DNA of 64,000 nt from an uncultured Verrucomicrobiae bacterium (GCA_963707025.1 CAVPOM010000013.1:64001-128000), one strand, 5' to 3'. Positions 29,110-42,868 are shown, counted from the first letter of the stretch. Numbers and translations are program-made. Notes: generated from the sequence alone by a model not told the origin.

Positions 29110-29883
29110 ATGCCGTTAGCCCTACGTCGGACGGACCGAAGGCGAACAAGTTCGGCAGGTTTCACCCTGCTGGAATTGCTGGTGGTTATCTGCATTGCGG
29201 GGGTGCTGATGGCGCTGCTTCTTCCAGCCCTTTCCCAGGCCAAGGAAAAATCCAGGCGCAGTGTCTGCAATCAAAACATACGTCAAGTCATTATGGCACT
29301 GACCATGTACGGTCAGGACGACCCCTATTGGCGTCTGCCCCCAGCCACGGACAACAAGGGCGACTACCATTCGATTCGGCTTCCGAGTGTTACGTTTTCA
29401 AATTTAGTGGAACCCTACTTGAGTGGTGAGAGCAACAATCTTTATTGCCCCAACCTTGTGTATGACACCGGTACGATGGGCGGGTATGATCCCGTCACGG
29501 ATACATTTACCATCGGATACAGTTATTTGGCTGTGGAAAACAACACGGCAGGGCCGAAAGGCCCGAGTCTAACCTGGGAAGGACCGGTAAAAGCAACCGA
29601 TAACAAGGAAGTCCTGGCCGATGCCAATTATTGGAGCACGGCTGACAGCCAAGCCATGACCCTTGCGCCGCATACTTTAAGCGGCTCCCTCGTCGCCCGC
29701 GCAGCCATCCTCCCCACCAGTTCCTCCGCTTCGACCTCACCCGCGGCTGGCTGCCCCAGTGCGGCGATGGGCGCAATGGGCGGCAATATCGGTTCCCTTA
29801 ATGGCTCGGTCATCTGGCGGCCGATTCGTGCGATGGCTCAATACCCGGCCTCCACCGATGGCACCGCCTTGGGGAACTGGTAG
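29110..29883 (+). CDS. Prepilin-type N-terminal cleavage/methylation domain protein
   Basis: GFTLLELLVVICIAGVLMALLLPALSQAKEK..C..N.RQ. Confidence 0.88.
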   Translation: MPLALRRTDRRRTSSAGFTLLELLVVICIAGVLMALLLPALSQAKEKSRRSVCNQNIRQVIMALTMYGQDDPYWRLPPATDNKGDYHSIRLPSVTFSNLVEPYLSGESNNLYCPNLVYDTGTMGGYDPVTDTFTIGYSYLAVENNTAGPKGPSLTWEGPVKATDNKEVLADANYWSTADSQAMTLAPHTLSGSLVARAAILPTSSSASTSPAAGCPSAAMGAMGGNIGSLNGSVIWRPIRAMAQYPASTDGTALGNW

Positions 29884-30351
29884 TCAGACGGCAAACAATT
29901 CTGCCACCGTCATGGTCAGCCCCGGCAGAAGCCCTTCCTGAAGAATTTCCTTTCCGGCCAGAATGCCCTTCAGTGCCAGGCCGTGCGGGGTGCCATGGTA
30001 CATCTCCACATTATCGTAGCGCGGATCCACCATCCAAACCCGCGGGACCTTGAAATCTTCGTAAACCCCCTTCTTGAGCACCGTATCGGGCCGGTGATCG
30101 GCCGAATCAATGATTTCCACCACCAGCCAAACCTTGCCCGTGGCGGCGGTGACCAGGGCCAAGTCGGGCCGGACCATGGTGCGCGGGGAAAGCGGGACCG
30201 CGTTGCGGGGACTGAGGAGGCGCGCGGCCGCATTGCCGGCCAGGACCGCCGCCACCCGCTGATGCAGCAGGGCGCAGATCCGTTCATGGCGCGCCCCGGG
30301 AAAGGAACGCACCAGGGTTCTGCCTTCGATGATTTCTTCGTATTGACTCAT
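29884..30351 (-). CDS. Uma2 family endonuclease
   Basis: EIIEG, H, RPDL, LVVEI, K..Y...VP..WMVDP and LLPG motifs. Confidence 0.85.
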   Translation of the reverse strand: MSQYEEIIEGRTLVRSFPGARHERICALLHQRVAAVLAGNAAARLLSPRNAVPLSPRTMVRPDLALVTAATGKVWLVVEIIDSADHRPDTVLKKGVYEDFKVPRVWMVDPRYDNVEMYHGTPHGLALKGILAGKEILQEGLLPGLTMTVAELFAV

Positions 30352-30411
30352 CGGTGTTCGGCCGGGTTCCGGCCTCCGCCGGGAAAGGTATCAGCCCGGA
30401 AAACGGCCTTT

Positions 30412-33095
<2,684 letters not shown>

Positions 33096-33099
<4 letters not shown>

Positions 33100-33827
33100 G
33101 TCCAGACTCCGAGGGTTTGCAGTTGCGCCATCGCCTGGCCGGGCCAATCGCGATTGGCCGCCGGACTGGCCGGGCTGGGATGCAGAATCCGGCCGGTCCT
33201 GACCGCCCAACCGCGGGCGGCCTCCCGGGCGCGCTCTTCGGCAAAAGCGCCCACGCCGATAATCCAGGCCGGCTGGAGAATTTCCAGCACCGCCCGCAAA
33301 TGGGCGTCGCAGATTTGGAAAAGCCGCTCCGCTTCCGCGGCGGGCAGCTTGTTGGGCGTGCGGTTGGCGCCCCGCTCGCCTTCCAGGAAGGCCAGCGGAC
33401 AATAATTGACAACGAAATGGCGGGCGAAAAACTTTTCGGGCGGGCCGAAACGTTGCGCGAAAAAATTCCACAAGCGCCGGCCGCTCACCTCCGATTGGGC
33501 GCAGGCAAAGCCGCGGACCGGCCGCCGGCGGTGTTCCCTGGCGGGACGTCCAATGGGCGCGTCAATCTTCATCCAATCGCGCACCGCCGCGATCTCGCCA
33601 AAGGGAACGCCGGTCTGGGCCATGCCGAAAGGCCCCGGATTCATGCCCAGAAAAAGCACCTGCTTGCCCGGGCCGCCGAAGCGGGCCAGGTACTGCTCGT
33701 GCGCGCTCCAGGCGTAAGACAGCGGATTGTAAACGTGCGTCACCGGCGGCGCGAACCGCAGCTTCTCCGCTTCCGCCGACAATGACTTGGCGGCGGCGAT
33801 CAATCGCTGTTGCGGGGAGGGGGTCAT
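33096..33827 (-). CDS. SMUG1-type (family 3) uracil-DNA glycosylase
   Basis: YNPL.YA, GMNPGPFGMAQTGVPFG, SEVSGRR, NYCPL and HPSPASP motifs. Confidence 0.92.
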
Positions 33828-34483
33828 TCAAAATAAATGAAGGAATAATCGCCGGTGTAACCGGTCTGCCGGAACCACCAGCGCCATTCCTCCGGCGTGC
33901 AGAAGGCCTCGCAGGTCAACTGCCAGTAGAGCAGATTGGCTTTTTCCTCCTCGTTGCGGTAGGACTCGACCACGATATATTTGTTCTTCCCCACCCGCTC
34001 CACTTCGCGCAAGGCCTTGTCCAGATCATAGCAATACAAATTGTGCAGGGTGGTGATGGAGACCACCAGGTCAAAACTTTTATCGGCGAAGGGCAGGTGA
34101 TTGGCGTGGCCCACCTGCAAGAATGGTTGCACTTCCGGTTTCGCGTTCTCAATCGCGTAACTGGAAATATCCAGGCCGCGCACCTCGACGCCCGGCACGG
34201 CCTGGGTAAAATCATGGAGCAGAAAGGCCTTGCCGCAGCCCACGTCGAGGATTTTATCCCCGGGTTTGATGCCGTAATGCCGGGCCATGTTGTCGGCCAC
34301 CACGCGCCACCGCCCGTCGTAGCGCATGCCGCCGTAGCCCACTTTCCGGTCGCCGTCCCAATAGTCCTGGCCGAACTGCTTGGCCAGCCTGGCGGCTTGC
34401 GCCTTGGGAAATTCGTTCACGCGCGCCAGATAATCGCGCTTGGTCTTCTTGTGCAACGGCGAGATAAAATCAATTTCAGTCAT
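33824..34483 (-). CDS. Class I SAM-dependent methyltransferase
   Basis: ILDVGCGKAF, GLDIS and LPFADKSFDLV motifs. Confidence 0.9.
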   Translation of the reverse strand: MTEIDFISPLHKKTKRDYLARVNEFPKAQAARLAKQFGQDYWDGDRKVGYGGMRYDGRWRVVADNMARHYGIKPGDKILDVGCGKAFLLHDFTQAVPGVEVRGLDISSYAIENAKPEVQPFLQVGHANHLPFADKSFDLVVSITTLHNLYCYDLDKALREVERVGKNKYIVVESYRNEEEKANLLYWQLTCEAFCTPEEWRWWFRQTGYTGDYSFIYFE

Positions 34484-34565
34484 GCCTCATTCTGCGCGGT
34501 TCAAATTCCGTTCGCAAGCCGCCGGACTTGGTGTCGCGACTTGGTTTGTGTCACCGGGCGAGGTT

Positions 34566-34652
34566 GTATGGGCTAATTTGTTGAGGTGTCGAAGCCTGTC
34601 GCTCGAAATCGGCGCACAACGCCGGCACTGCAACCATCCAATTAGACACTAC
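34566..34652. repeat. Diverged copy of the 9784-9875 MITE-like element
   Basis: TAATTTG...GTCGAAGCCTGTCGCTCGA..TCGGCGCACAACGCCGGCACTGCAAC..CAATTAGACACTAC. Confidence 0.6.
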
Positions 34653-36273
34653 GCTGTTGCGATGGCCAGCGCGGCTTTCAGCGCCGCTCGCGCCTTTTGC
34701 AATTGGGCGGCCTTGCGCTCGGCCGCCGAGGCGGCGCCTTTGGCGAAATCGCGCCGGGCCTGGTCGCCGGGGGCAAATTCGTTGAGCATGATGCAGCACC
34801 ATTTGATCTGGAAGGCGGGCCAGAGCAGGCGCGCCCGGCGGGCCAGGCCGCCGTCCAGCTTCAGGCCGTCCATCAGCCCGCCGACAAAGGTTTCCCAAAA
34901 CTCCCGTGGCACCGGGGTTTGCGGCTGGCAAAAGAAATCGCAGATCAGCTTGGCCGGATCGTCCCAGCCCGCGTATTCAAAATCAAGGAAGCGCAGCCGG
35001 CCGTCCGGTCCAGCCAACGCATTGTGAAATCCAAAATCCGACGGCGACAAGACGCCTTCCTGCGGTCGGAGCGGACGCTCCAAGTCGCCATAGTCTTGAC
35101 AAAGGCGGGCGCGCGCCTCCTGCCAGGCCTGCTGAGACTGCCGCGCACAAATTCCATGGCCTCCCGGTCAACGGCCGCGCCGCCTTCCATCCGTTGCAAG
35201 CGGGCGACGCGCTGGTCAATGCGCTCCAAGTGGGCCGCGCCGGAGAAACAGGCCTCCGAGGCGGCCAGCGAAACTTCCGTGGCGGCGGATTTTCTCGACT
35301 GGTTGAGTTCCAGAATGAATTCCAGCGCCTGGCCGACGGCCGGCTGACTGACCTCCCCGGCCCGCAGTTTTTGGCCGTCCACGAAACTGAGCAACCCCAG
35401 GCTGCGCAGCTCATCCCAGGCCAGCGGTTGAGGCGTGCGGCGGAGGCCGCGCGACCAGAGATAATTGTAAAAGGCCCGTTCCGATGCGAAACGATCGCGC
35501 GGGTCGGCGGCATGGCGGAAATACTGTTTGAGCACGGCGTTGCGCCCGTCTTCCCGCACGCGGTAAACGCGGTTGTTGCCGCCACCGGTCAGCGGTGTCA
35601 CGGCGGCGGCTGGGCCAAAACCATGTCTGCCCAGGAACTCAAAAACTCCCGCGTCCAATCCAACGGCGGCCGCCGCGCCGCCGATTTTCTCCCAAATCTC
35701 CGGCCAGGTTCGGGCGCGGAAAAAGGATTTTTCTCCGGCATAAAGGCCGTTGGGATCAAAGAGAATCCGTTCGATTTTGGGAAAGCCCGGCTCGGCCAGC
35801 AGTTCGGGCAGGTCATCAATGAAGTGGGTGCAACCGCACAGGCCGATGCGTTCGATTTTGGCCTGCTTGGTCAGTTCCAGAAAAACCCGGGAGCGGGAGA
35901 GTCCGATTTGCGCGGGGTCAAAGAACCCTTGTTGTTCGAGCCAGCGGAGGGCGGCCTGATGGAGATCGTGGCGCCGGCCGCGAAAGGGATGGCGGGTTTT
36001 GTGGCTGATGATGCAGGTGGGAATGCCGGCGCGGCGGCAGGCCTGGAAAAACTCCAGCACCCCCGGATACGGGGCCGCTTCCGCCATGCGCGCGCCATAG
36101 ACGCAGCCTTGCATTTCGGTCCAGACCTCCTCCCGGCCAATGCGGCGCAAATGGTTGCGCACCTCCGATTTGTTGACCGGCAAATCCGCCGGCGCCAGGC
36201 CGGATTCGCGCGCCACGCGATGAAACAAGGCGTCGTAACAGACAATCGTATTGTCAAAGTCAACGCCGATCAT
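34649..36273 (-). CDS. HAD-like hydrolase fused to an aminoglycoside/choline kinase-like phosphotransferase (frameshift near 35110-35140)
   Basis: GVDFDNT and FIDD (HAD); GGGNNRVY, LK.Y, then LSPSDFGFHN and FLDFEYAGWDDP in a second frame. Confidence 0.8.
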
Positions 36274-36667
36274 GGGGTGGAAAAACGTTCGCCAACCCGG
36301 TTCGCATCGCTCCGGGGAGCGCGGGCGTGCCGCCCGCTGTCTTTGGCCTCTGGCCAAAGACATCCGACAGCGCCATGCGGCGAACAAAGAGGTTGGCCGC
36401 TCCAAACGCCGGGCCAGTCGGCGGGACGCCAACTGGAAGCGACCGGGACGGTCGCGCTCCCCAACCTCTGCAGGGCTGGCCTGGCGGCACATTTTTTCAT
36501 GAAAAGCAGTTTGGGGCGGCGTTGGGGAAATGCCAGCCGGAAAATATTGAAAAATGACCTGCAGTTTTTTTATGTTAAATTTCAAGCGGGCGGTCAAAGA
36601 TGAACGCATGACAAGCCCAGTGAAAATCGCCCGAGGGGCCGCCCGCCCGTGAAGGAAAAGCGACCGA

Positions 36668-37027
36668 TTGAATGCTGAACTGGCCAGGCAAACCGAAGCG
36701 CTGGGGTTGTCCCGCTATGCGCGGCATATTTTCCTGTGCGCCGATCAAAGCGAGCCAAAGTGTTGCGCCCGGCAACAGGGCCTGGAGTCGTGGGAATTCT
36801 TGAAGAAGCGGCTCAAGGAACTAAACCTGGCGGGCGCGACCCCGGTGGTTTATCGCTCCAAGGCCAATTGCCTGCGCGTCTGCATGCATGGCCCCATCGC
36901 GGTGGTTTATCCCGATGGGGTCTGGTATCATTCCTGCTCGCCGCCGGTTCTGGAGCGGATCGTCCAGGAACACCTCATTGCGGGGCGGGTGGTGGAGGAA
37001 TTCGTCCTGGCGCAAAACGGGAAGTGA
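36668..37027 (+). CDS. Thioredoxin-like (2Fe-2S) ferredoxin
   Basis: [26 protein letters not shown] and EHL..G motifs. Confidence 0.88.
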   Translation: MNAELARQTEALGLSRYARHIFLCADQSEPKCCARQQGLESWEFLKKRLKELNLAGATPVVYRSKANCLRVCMHGPIAVVYPDGVWYHSCSPPVLERIVQEHLIAGRVVEEFVLAQNGK

Positions 37028-37096
37028 GCCATGAATTAGAAATGTTGAATTAAGAATTCAAAAATCTAATCTCCGGGCAATTCCCTTTTTTCCCCG

Positions 37097-38938
37097 TCAG
37101 CAGTTTCTCAGATCCCCGTCAAAAAGTTTGTTTTTGGCAATTGGTTCCCATTTGGCCGGGCTGGCCAGGCCGGGCTTCTGCGCCATCGCAGGCGGCGCCG
37201 CTTGCAGAGCCTCGCGCCAGATCTGGCCGTCCGCCGATTTGGGGAGCGAAGGCTGAAAATGAAGGCGCGCCGGCACCTTGTAGGAAGGCAGGAAAGTCCG
37301 GCAATAAGCCTTCAGTTCCCGCTCGGTCAGCAGGGCGCCCTTGGCGGTCGGCGCCACGAAGGCGTGCATTTTCGTTGCAAAACCCCCGGCCGCGTCCATC
37401 AACCCGACCACCGCGCACTCGGCGACCCTGAGATGACGCCGCAAGACGGCTTCCACCTCGGCTGGGTTGACTTTGTGCCCGCCGATGGTCAGCGTTTCCG
37501 GCTTGCGCCCCAGCAGAGCCACCCCTCCGCGCTGGCCGGCCATGGCCCTGTCGCCGGTGCAATAGCCGTCGGTCTTGAGTATGCTCATTTGGTGTTCCGA
37601 CTGGCCCCAAAAGCCTTTCATCAGTGCGGGACCTTTCAACAAAATCCGGCCGGCCTGGCCCGGTCGCGCCTGGCGCCGCTGTTCGTCCACGATGCGCAGT
37701 GTGAGGGTGGGAGCCGCCCGGCAAATCCCGTCCAGCAATCCATCGGCGCCAATCCTGAAAAAGCCGGCCTGCGCTTCGGTCAGGTTGCAGTTCAGATTAA
37801 TCAACGTCTGCGGCAGCCGGCGGCACAATGGCTCCAACTCCCCCGCTTGGAGCGGCGCGCAACCAATCTCCGCATAGCGCAACGATTCGGCCAGTTTTTG
37901 CAAGGCGGGCGCGAATTTTCCCAGCAGCAGTTTCACTCCCTCCGGCCGGAGCGCCAGGGCTGAAGGACGCTGGTTTTCCGTCAAGTTCACCGCCTGGTTA
38001 AGGTCCGCGGCCAGAATGATGCGCGCCCCGGCCATGACATAAGCGAGCATTTGCCGCATGCCCAGGCTGGAGTGGAGCGGCAAAGGAAGGAGGATGGTGT
38101 CCTGTTTGGTCAGGCGGTGGTATTCGCCGGAGAAGGCCGCCCCGGCCAGCCAGTTCTCATGGGTGTTCAACACGCCTTCGGCGCACCCGGCGGCGCCGCC
38201 GCGGTAGGTTATGGTCGCGATGTCGTCCGGGCTTGAGCTGTTGAAGCGCAGGAGGGTGGGGCTGCCTTTGTTCTGCAGGGCCGCGTTGAGCGATTCCACC
38301 CGCACACCGTGCAAGACGGACAACCTGAAAGACTGGTCTTTGACGTAAATCACCCGCAGATTCTTCAACCCATGACGCCGCACGTGCAGCCGTTCGGCCA
38401 GGTCCCGATCCACCATCAGCGCCTGCGGGGTGCAATCCTGCAAAATACGGCAAAGGTTTTCATCCGGGACGGAAGGATCTTCCGCCACCACGATGGCCCC
38501 GGCCTTCCAGACGGCAAAACAGCCGGCGATAAACTCCAGCGAATTGGACAGCAACATGAGCACCCGGTCGCCCGGCACCACCCCGTGAGTCAGGAGGCTG
38601 TCGGCGAGCAGGTCGGAAGCCTGGTTCACATCGGCATACGAAGCCCCCGCGCCGCCACAAGCAATGTCCTCCTGCGTCTCGGATTCCAGGGCCGCGCACC
38701 GGAGAATATCAGGCAGCAGGGTCGGTTTGACGGCTTCGGGCTTGGCGTCGTCGTCGGCGGGTTTGACGTGATATTCGTGCTGATGCAGAAACTCCTGAAT
38801 GTCGGCCTGCAAAAACCGCCAGGCATTGCCCACTTTCATCCCGCGAATCCGGCCTTTTCGGGCATAGCGGTATAAGGTATCCAATTTGATGCCCAACGCT
38901 TCGGCCACTTCCCCCGCACGACACAGTTCAATAATCAT
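37097..38938 (-). CDS. HTH_17 (excisionase-like) domain fused to a degenerate AMP-binding (ANL) domain
   Basis: EVAEALGI...TLYRYARKGRI.G.KVG..WRF, then GV.PGDRV, TGD, GG.KV.PAEVE and LPSYKVP; P-loop and A10 Lys are altered. Confidence 0.85.
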   Translation of the reverse strand: MIIELCRAGEVAEALGIKLDTLYRYARKGRIRGMKVGNAWRFLQADIQEFLHQHEYHVKPADDDAKPEAVKPTLLPDILRCAALESETQEDIACGGAGASYADVNQASDLLADSLLTHGVVPGDRVLMLLSNSLEFIAGCFAVWKAGAIVVAEDPSVPDENLCRILQDCTPQALMVDRDLAERLHVRRHGLKNLRVIYVKDQSFRLSVLHGVRVESLNAALQNKGSPTLLRFNSSSPDDIATITYRGGAAGCAEGVLNTHENWLAGAAFSGEYHRLTKQDTILLPLPLHSSLGMRQMLAYVMAGARIILAADLNQAVNLTENQRPSALALRPEGVKLLLGKFAPALQKLAESLRYAEIGCAPLQAGELEPLCRRLPQTLINLNCNLTEAQAGFFRIGADGLLDGICRAAPTLTLRIVDEQRRQARPGQAGRILLKGPALMKGFWGQSEHQMSILKTDGYCTGDRAMAGQRGGVALLGRKPETLTIGGHKVNPAEVEAVLRRHLRVAECAVVGLMDAAGGFATKMHAFVAPTAKGALLTERELKAYCRTFLPSYKVPARLHFQPSLPKSADGQIWREALQAAPPAMAQKPGLASPAKWEPIAKNKLFDGDLRNC

Positions 38939-39094
38939 AACGCATCTCAACCTTCCTCAATTCACCACGCCCTGAGCTTGCCAGACATCATCCGCCCCGA
39001 GTTTCAATAACCGCCTCAGACGAAAGAAATGGGAAAAGAAACTGATCTTACCCGAGATTCTCCATCCCAAAATACTTTCATGGCGTGTCCTACA

Positions 39095-39110
39095 AGCATA
39101 CTTTAAGCCA
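39095..39110 (-). promoter_or_regulatory. Possible sigma-54 promoter for the HTH-ANL gene
   Basis: Minus-strand TGGCTTAAAGTATGCT fits GG-N10-GC within an AT-rich intergenic region. Confidence 0.35.
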
Positions 39111-39411
39111 ATATTTGCAGGGACGCTGCCTGCCTCCACCTTTTAAAAATGTAAATACTTATGGCATAATGACTTGCAATTTATAGCCGGCTTCCAAATA
39201 ATTGCGCGCAAAAAACTCAGAAAATCAAAAAGTGTAAGGAATTCCGACAGAATCCGGCTCTCCAATAAGTTTTTCTAACATAATACGCTGATTGCCAATG
39301 GCTTGTAACGATTCGCTCAAAGTGTAGTGTTTTTCCTCACTTTCACGTAGTTTTGCTGGGGAAAAAGAAAGATTGTGTTTGAAGTTTTTCAAAACACCCT
39401 GTGGTTCGGCG

Positions 39412-40425
39412 ATGAATTGTTTTGTCACAGGCGCGTCGGGATTTATCGGAGCCAATCTGGTGCAGGAGCTGGCCGCCCGCGGCCATCGCGTCAAGGCGCT
39501 GCTGCGAGCCGGCGCCGATGTGCGCGGCCTGGATGGGGCCGATTACGAGGCGATTGCCGGCGACCTGGCGCGGCGCGACCTGCTGGAGAAGGCCATGAAC
39601 GGCTGCGACTGGTGTTTCCACGCCGCCGCCAGCTATCACTTGTGGCTGCGCGATTATGGGCCGATGTACGCCGCCAACGTGGAAGGCACGCGACACGTCA
39701 TCGAAGCGGCCGCCGCCGCGGGCTGCCGGCGCATTGTTTATACCAGCACGGTGGGCTGCATTGGCCTGCCGCGCCAGAGCGGCGGAGAATGGCTGCCCAG
39801 CGACGAAGCCGCCCCCGCCAGCGCCGCGCAGATGAGCAACCATTACAAGCGTTCCAAATGGCAGGCCGAAGAAGTGGCGCGCCAACTGGCCGCCCGGGGC
39901 GCGCCCGTCGTCATCGTCAATCCCAGCGCCCCCGTTGGCCCGCGCGATGTCAAACCGACGCCGACCGGCAAAATCGTACTCGATTTTTTGCAGCGCAAGC
40001 TGCCGGGCTACATGGATACTGGTTTGAACTGGGTGCATGTGCGCGACGTGGCGGCGGGGCATATTCTGGCGGCGGAAAAGGGCCGTCCCGGCGAGCGCTA
40101 CATTTTGGGAAACGCCGAAGGCAACTGGACGATGCGGGAAACGCTGGCGGTGCTGGAGGAACTGAGCGGGGTGCCCGCGCCGAAATTCCGCGTGCCCTAC
40201 GCGGTGGCCCTGCTGGCCGCTTATGGCAACGAGGCGCTCTCCGCCCTGACCGGCCAGGAACCCAAAGCCCCCCTGGCGGGCGTGCGCATGGCGAAGTATA
40301 AAATGTATTTCAATCCCGCCAAGGCCATCCGCGAATTGGGTTTGCCCCAAACCCCGCCGCGCCAGGCCTTCGCCGACGCCATCGCCTGGTTCCGCGGCGG
40401 CTTTGTCAAAAGTCAGCATAAATGA
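39412..40425 (+). CDS. hpnA: NAD-dependent epimerase/dehydratase, hopanoid-associated HpnA-like
   Basis: TGASGFIG, YTSTVG, YKRSK and NPSAPVGPRDVKPTPTG motifs. Confidence 0.85.
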   Translation: MNCFVTGASGFIGANLVQELAARGHRVKALLRAGADVRGLDGADYEAIAGDLARRDLLEKAMNGCDWCFHAAASYHLWLRDYGPMYAANVEGTRHVIEAAAAAGCRRIVYTSTVGCIGLPRQSGGEWLPSDEAAPASAAQMSNHYKRSKWQAEEVARQLAARGAPVVIVNPSAPVGPRDVKPTPTGKIVLDFLQRKLPGYMDTGLNWVHVRDVAAGHILAAEKGRPGERYILGNAEGNWTMRETLAVLEELSGVPAPKFRVPYAVALLAAYGNEALSALTGQEPKAPLAGVRMAKYKMYFNPAKAIRELGLPQTPPRQAFADAIAWFRGGFVKSQHK

Positions 40426-40429
40426 GGCC

Positions 40430-41402
40430 GGACAGAAAAGGCCGGGGGGAGTGATGGAGTGGCGGAGTGGTGGAGTGGTGGAGTGATGGAGGGATGGAGG
40501 GATGGAGGGATGAGGCGCAGGAAATGCAGAATGCAAAATGCAAAATGCAGAATGGGAGCGATCCGCGAATTTGAGGACGAATGTCGTTGGATGCATGGCC
40601 CCCCCTGGGTCCGGGAAGTGAAACCAGGTGAAATTAGGTGAAACCAGGTGAAATTAACTGAAATTGGCCGGACTGCTTCTGGTCCGCGAAGTATTAAAAC
40701 CCCGGTGGAGCGGTGGAGTCTTGGAGTGATGGGCATGGTCAAGGCTGAAAAAATGGTTTGACCGGGTTTGACCGGTTTGACTGGTTTGACCGGCGGTGTC
40801 GGCTTCGCTCCACAGGCGGACTTTGCGCCACCGCCAAGGCTGAGGCTGGACAATTTGGAGGGCCAAGGCTTGGCCCCGCCGGGAAGGCCCGCGCCAGGAC
40901 TCCGCGCCGCTGGCCGTTGGGGCGTGATCCTGGCCTTTGACGATACGCTTGGACTCTCAACTCTTCTCTCACGCGGAAGATTTGACCATAGGTAGTAAGA
41001 TATGTCAATGCATTTTTAGAGGAATTTTCATCAAATCGGAGTCAACCGCGAATGGCGCGGTTTCACGGATGGAGAAGGAGGGAAAGGCGGAATGCATCCT
41101 CCTCCGCTTGGCCTATGGAGGACAGGGAATGAAGAATGCAGAATGAAGAAGAGGACCGGAGTTGCCCGCAGATGGAGGCGAATGCGAACAGAAGGCAACG
41201 AAGGAATTGCCCCTCTTCGTTTCTTCTGGGTGCGCGCAAAGGCAGTTTCCGAGCTTTCTCTCAGGGGATGTCAGAAATATCCGGGGCAGAAATATAATAC
41301 GCCCTGCCCCCCCGTTCAGAGCGAAGCGGGCCAATTTCATTTTTCTGCCTCCATTTTTCTGCCAGCGTTTTCACTATGCAAAGGTTTGCATGACGCCTGA
41401 TG
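40430..41402 (-). repeat. Modular non-coding repeat region (short tandem motifs plus copy 2 of the 217-bp repeat at 41184-41402)
   Basis: TGGAGTGG, TGCAGAA/TGCAAAA, GGTGAAA and GGTTTGAC tandem units, plus the inverted copy of 11329-11546. Confidence 0.8.
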
Positions 41403-41512
41403 CAGCTGAATGGAGAAAGGACTTGCAAACCTGAGAAGAAGGAAGAGGTTTAAGGAAACTGCGCCGCGAAGGTCGTGGGCAAGAAAACAAATGGAAAATC
41501 CGAGTTGAGGTC

Positions 41513-42574
41513 ATGTCAACATACTCCTTACCAGGTCCCACCTGCGGCCGGACGCGGCCGCAGAATATAAACGACGGCACGACCTGCCGATCTGTTTCCC
41601 CCTGGCCCGGCCCGGTTGACGGCGAGGCCACGTCGGACGGGGTGTCTGCGTGGCCCTCGCGGCAAAAACTGTTGGAGGCGGCTCGGCGCGCTGCCTCTTA
41701 TCTTCCGGACGACGCGCGCGAACAGTTCCTCGTTCTGTTCTCCCCCCCAATGCTCGCCCTGACCTCTGCAACCCTGGCCGCTTGGGGCGTCGGGCAGTTC
41801 TTGGGATATGGCGAGGTTGTTGACCTGGCATTGCTTGGGTGGGGTGTTTACGCTCTTGGCGGTGGTATCATTGCAGCTAATAGTGAACTAGCTGCCTACC
41901 TCAAAGGCGCGCTCTCCGCGACAAACAGCGCCGACCTCGACGATGCCGGAAGGCACTTGGCTCGCGTGGTCGCTTCAGTCGGTGTGGGTGTCTTGGTGGC
42001 TGTAGTGTTTAAAGTTGGATCCAAATTGCCGGGACGGGCCATTGCTGCCGCTGGGCTTGAAGCGGACGCCGAAGTTTGGCTGATCAAGCTGGGCAGGCCT
42101 GGGGAGCCACCCTTGGTACGGGCCCGCGTCGGAACGGCAGCCCGGTTCCTCTTGCGCAACAAAGAGGAAGACGAGGTGCTGAATCATTTGAAGGCCATAG
42201 ATTTCTCCAAGGACGTCAAGAACGTCACCATATCCAAGGAGGATATCCTGATCCAGCGGTATAGCGATCGCTTGGGCGAATATTTCGCCCGCATCGGCAC
42301 TCCCGGCGAAAACTTGGGCATTTCCATGGCTGGCCGGACATTCAAGCGATACAGACTCAAGGAGGGAGTCCAATCCGTTAGCGCTCTGGAATCCAGCACA
42401 ACTCCGGTGGTGGACACATGGACCAAGGCCCGGGCACGCCAGGTGCAGATCGGAAGCAGAGGGAAATTTGGGGGTGAAAACGTCACGATTATTCGCGGTG
42501 GCGAATATGCCGGCGGTGGCGGCCGCCAGCTCATGGTCCTCGATGCCTACAAATATCTTGAAGAGGTCAAGTAG
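41513..42574 (+). CDS. Polymorphic-toxin-like protein with C-terminal Ntox46/TNT-like domain
   Basis: Hydrophobic N-terminal helices; AIDFSKDV, GEYFARIGTP..LGI, ESSTTPVVDTWT and GGGGRQ. Confidence 0.7.
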   Translation: MSTYSLPGPTCGRTRPQNINDGTTCRSVSPWPGPVDGEATSDGVSAWPSRQKLLEAARRAASYLPDDAREQFLVLFSPPMLALTSATLAAWGVGQFLGYGEVVDLALLGWGVYALGGGIIAANSELAAYLKGALSATNSADLDDAGRHLARVVASVGVGVLVAVVFKVGSKLPGRAIAAAGLEADAEVWLIKLGRPGEPPLVRARVGTAARFLLRNKEEDEVLNHLKAIDFSKDVKNVTISKEDILIQRYSDRLGEYFARIGTPGENLGISMAGRTFKRYRLKEGVQSVSALESSTTPVVDTWTKARARQVQIGSRGKFGGENVTIIRGGEYAGGGGRQLMVLDAYKYLEEVK

Positions 42575-42703
42575 GACGGTAGCAGAACGTAACGGAACGG
42601 GGTCGCCGTCGAGTAGAGCGGAGGCGCGGTAGCGATTAGGTCAATGGCTCCCAGTCGTTTCAGCCCTTCCGGGCGTCGTGGCAAAATAGCCATCAGACCG
42701 GGC

Positions 42704-42800
42704 AAAAGGGGCCAACCCATAGTTTGGTGCTATTTGCTGGATGTTCGTCTTGAAAAAACCACGTAAAAGCAAACCACACTATGGGTTGATGCGTTTCTTT
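42704..42800. repeat. Palindromic element of about 95 bp, copy 1
   Basis: AACCCATAGTTTGGT...ACCACACTATGGGTT; direct repeat of 43291-43390. Confidence 0.8.
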
Positions 42801-42868
42801 GCTGCTTGCAAATTATGGAAAACGCTCGATTTTGGCCGCGAATCGGCCATATTGACCGCATGGCCACT

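Noticed and set aside
39162..39178. TGGCATAATGACTTGCA as a sigma54 promoter for hpnA
   Set aside because: GG-to-GC spacing is 11 nt, not the required 10.
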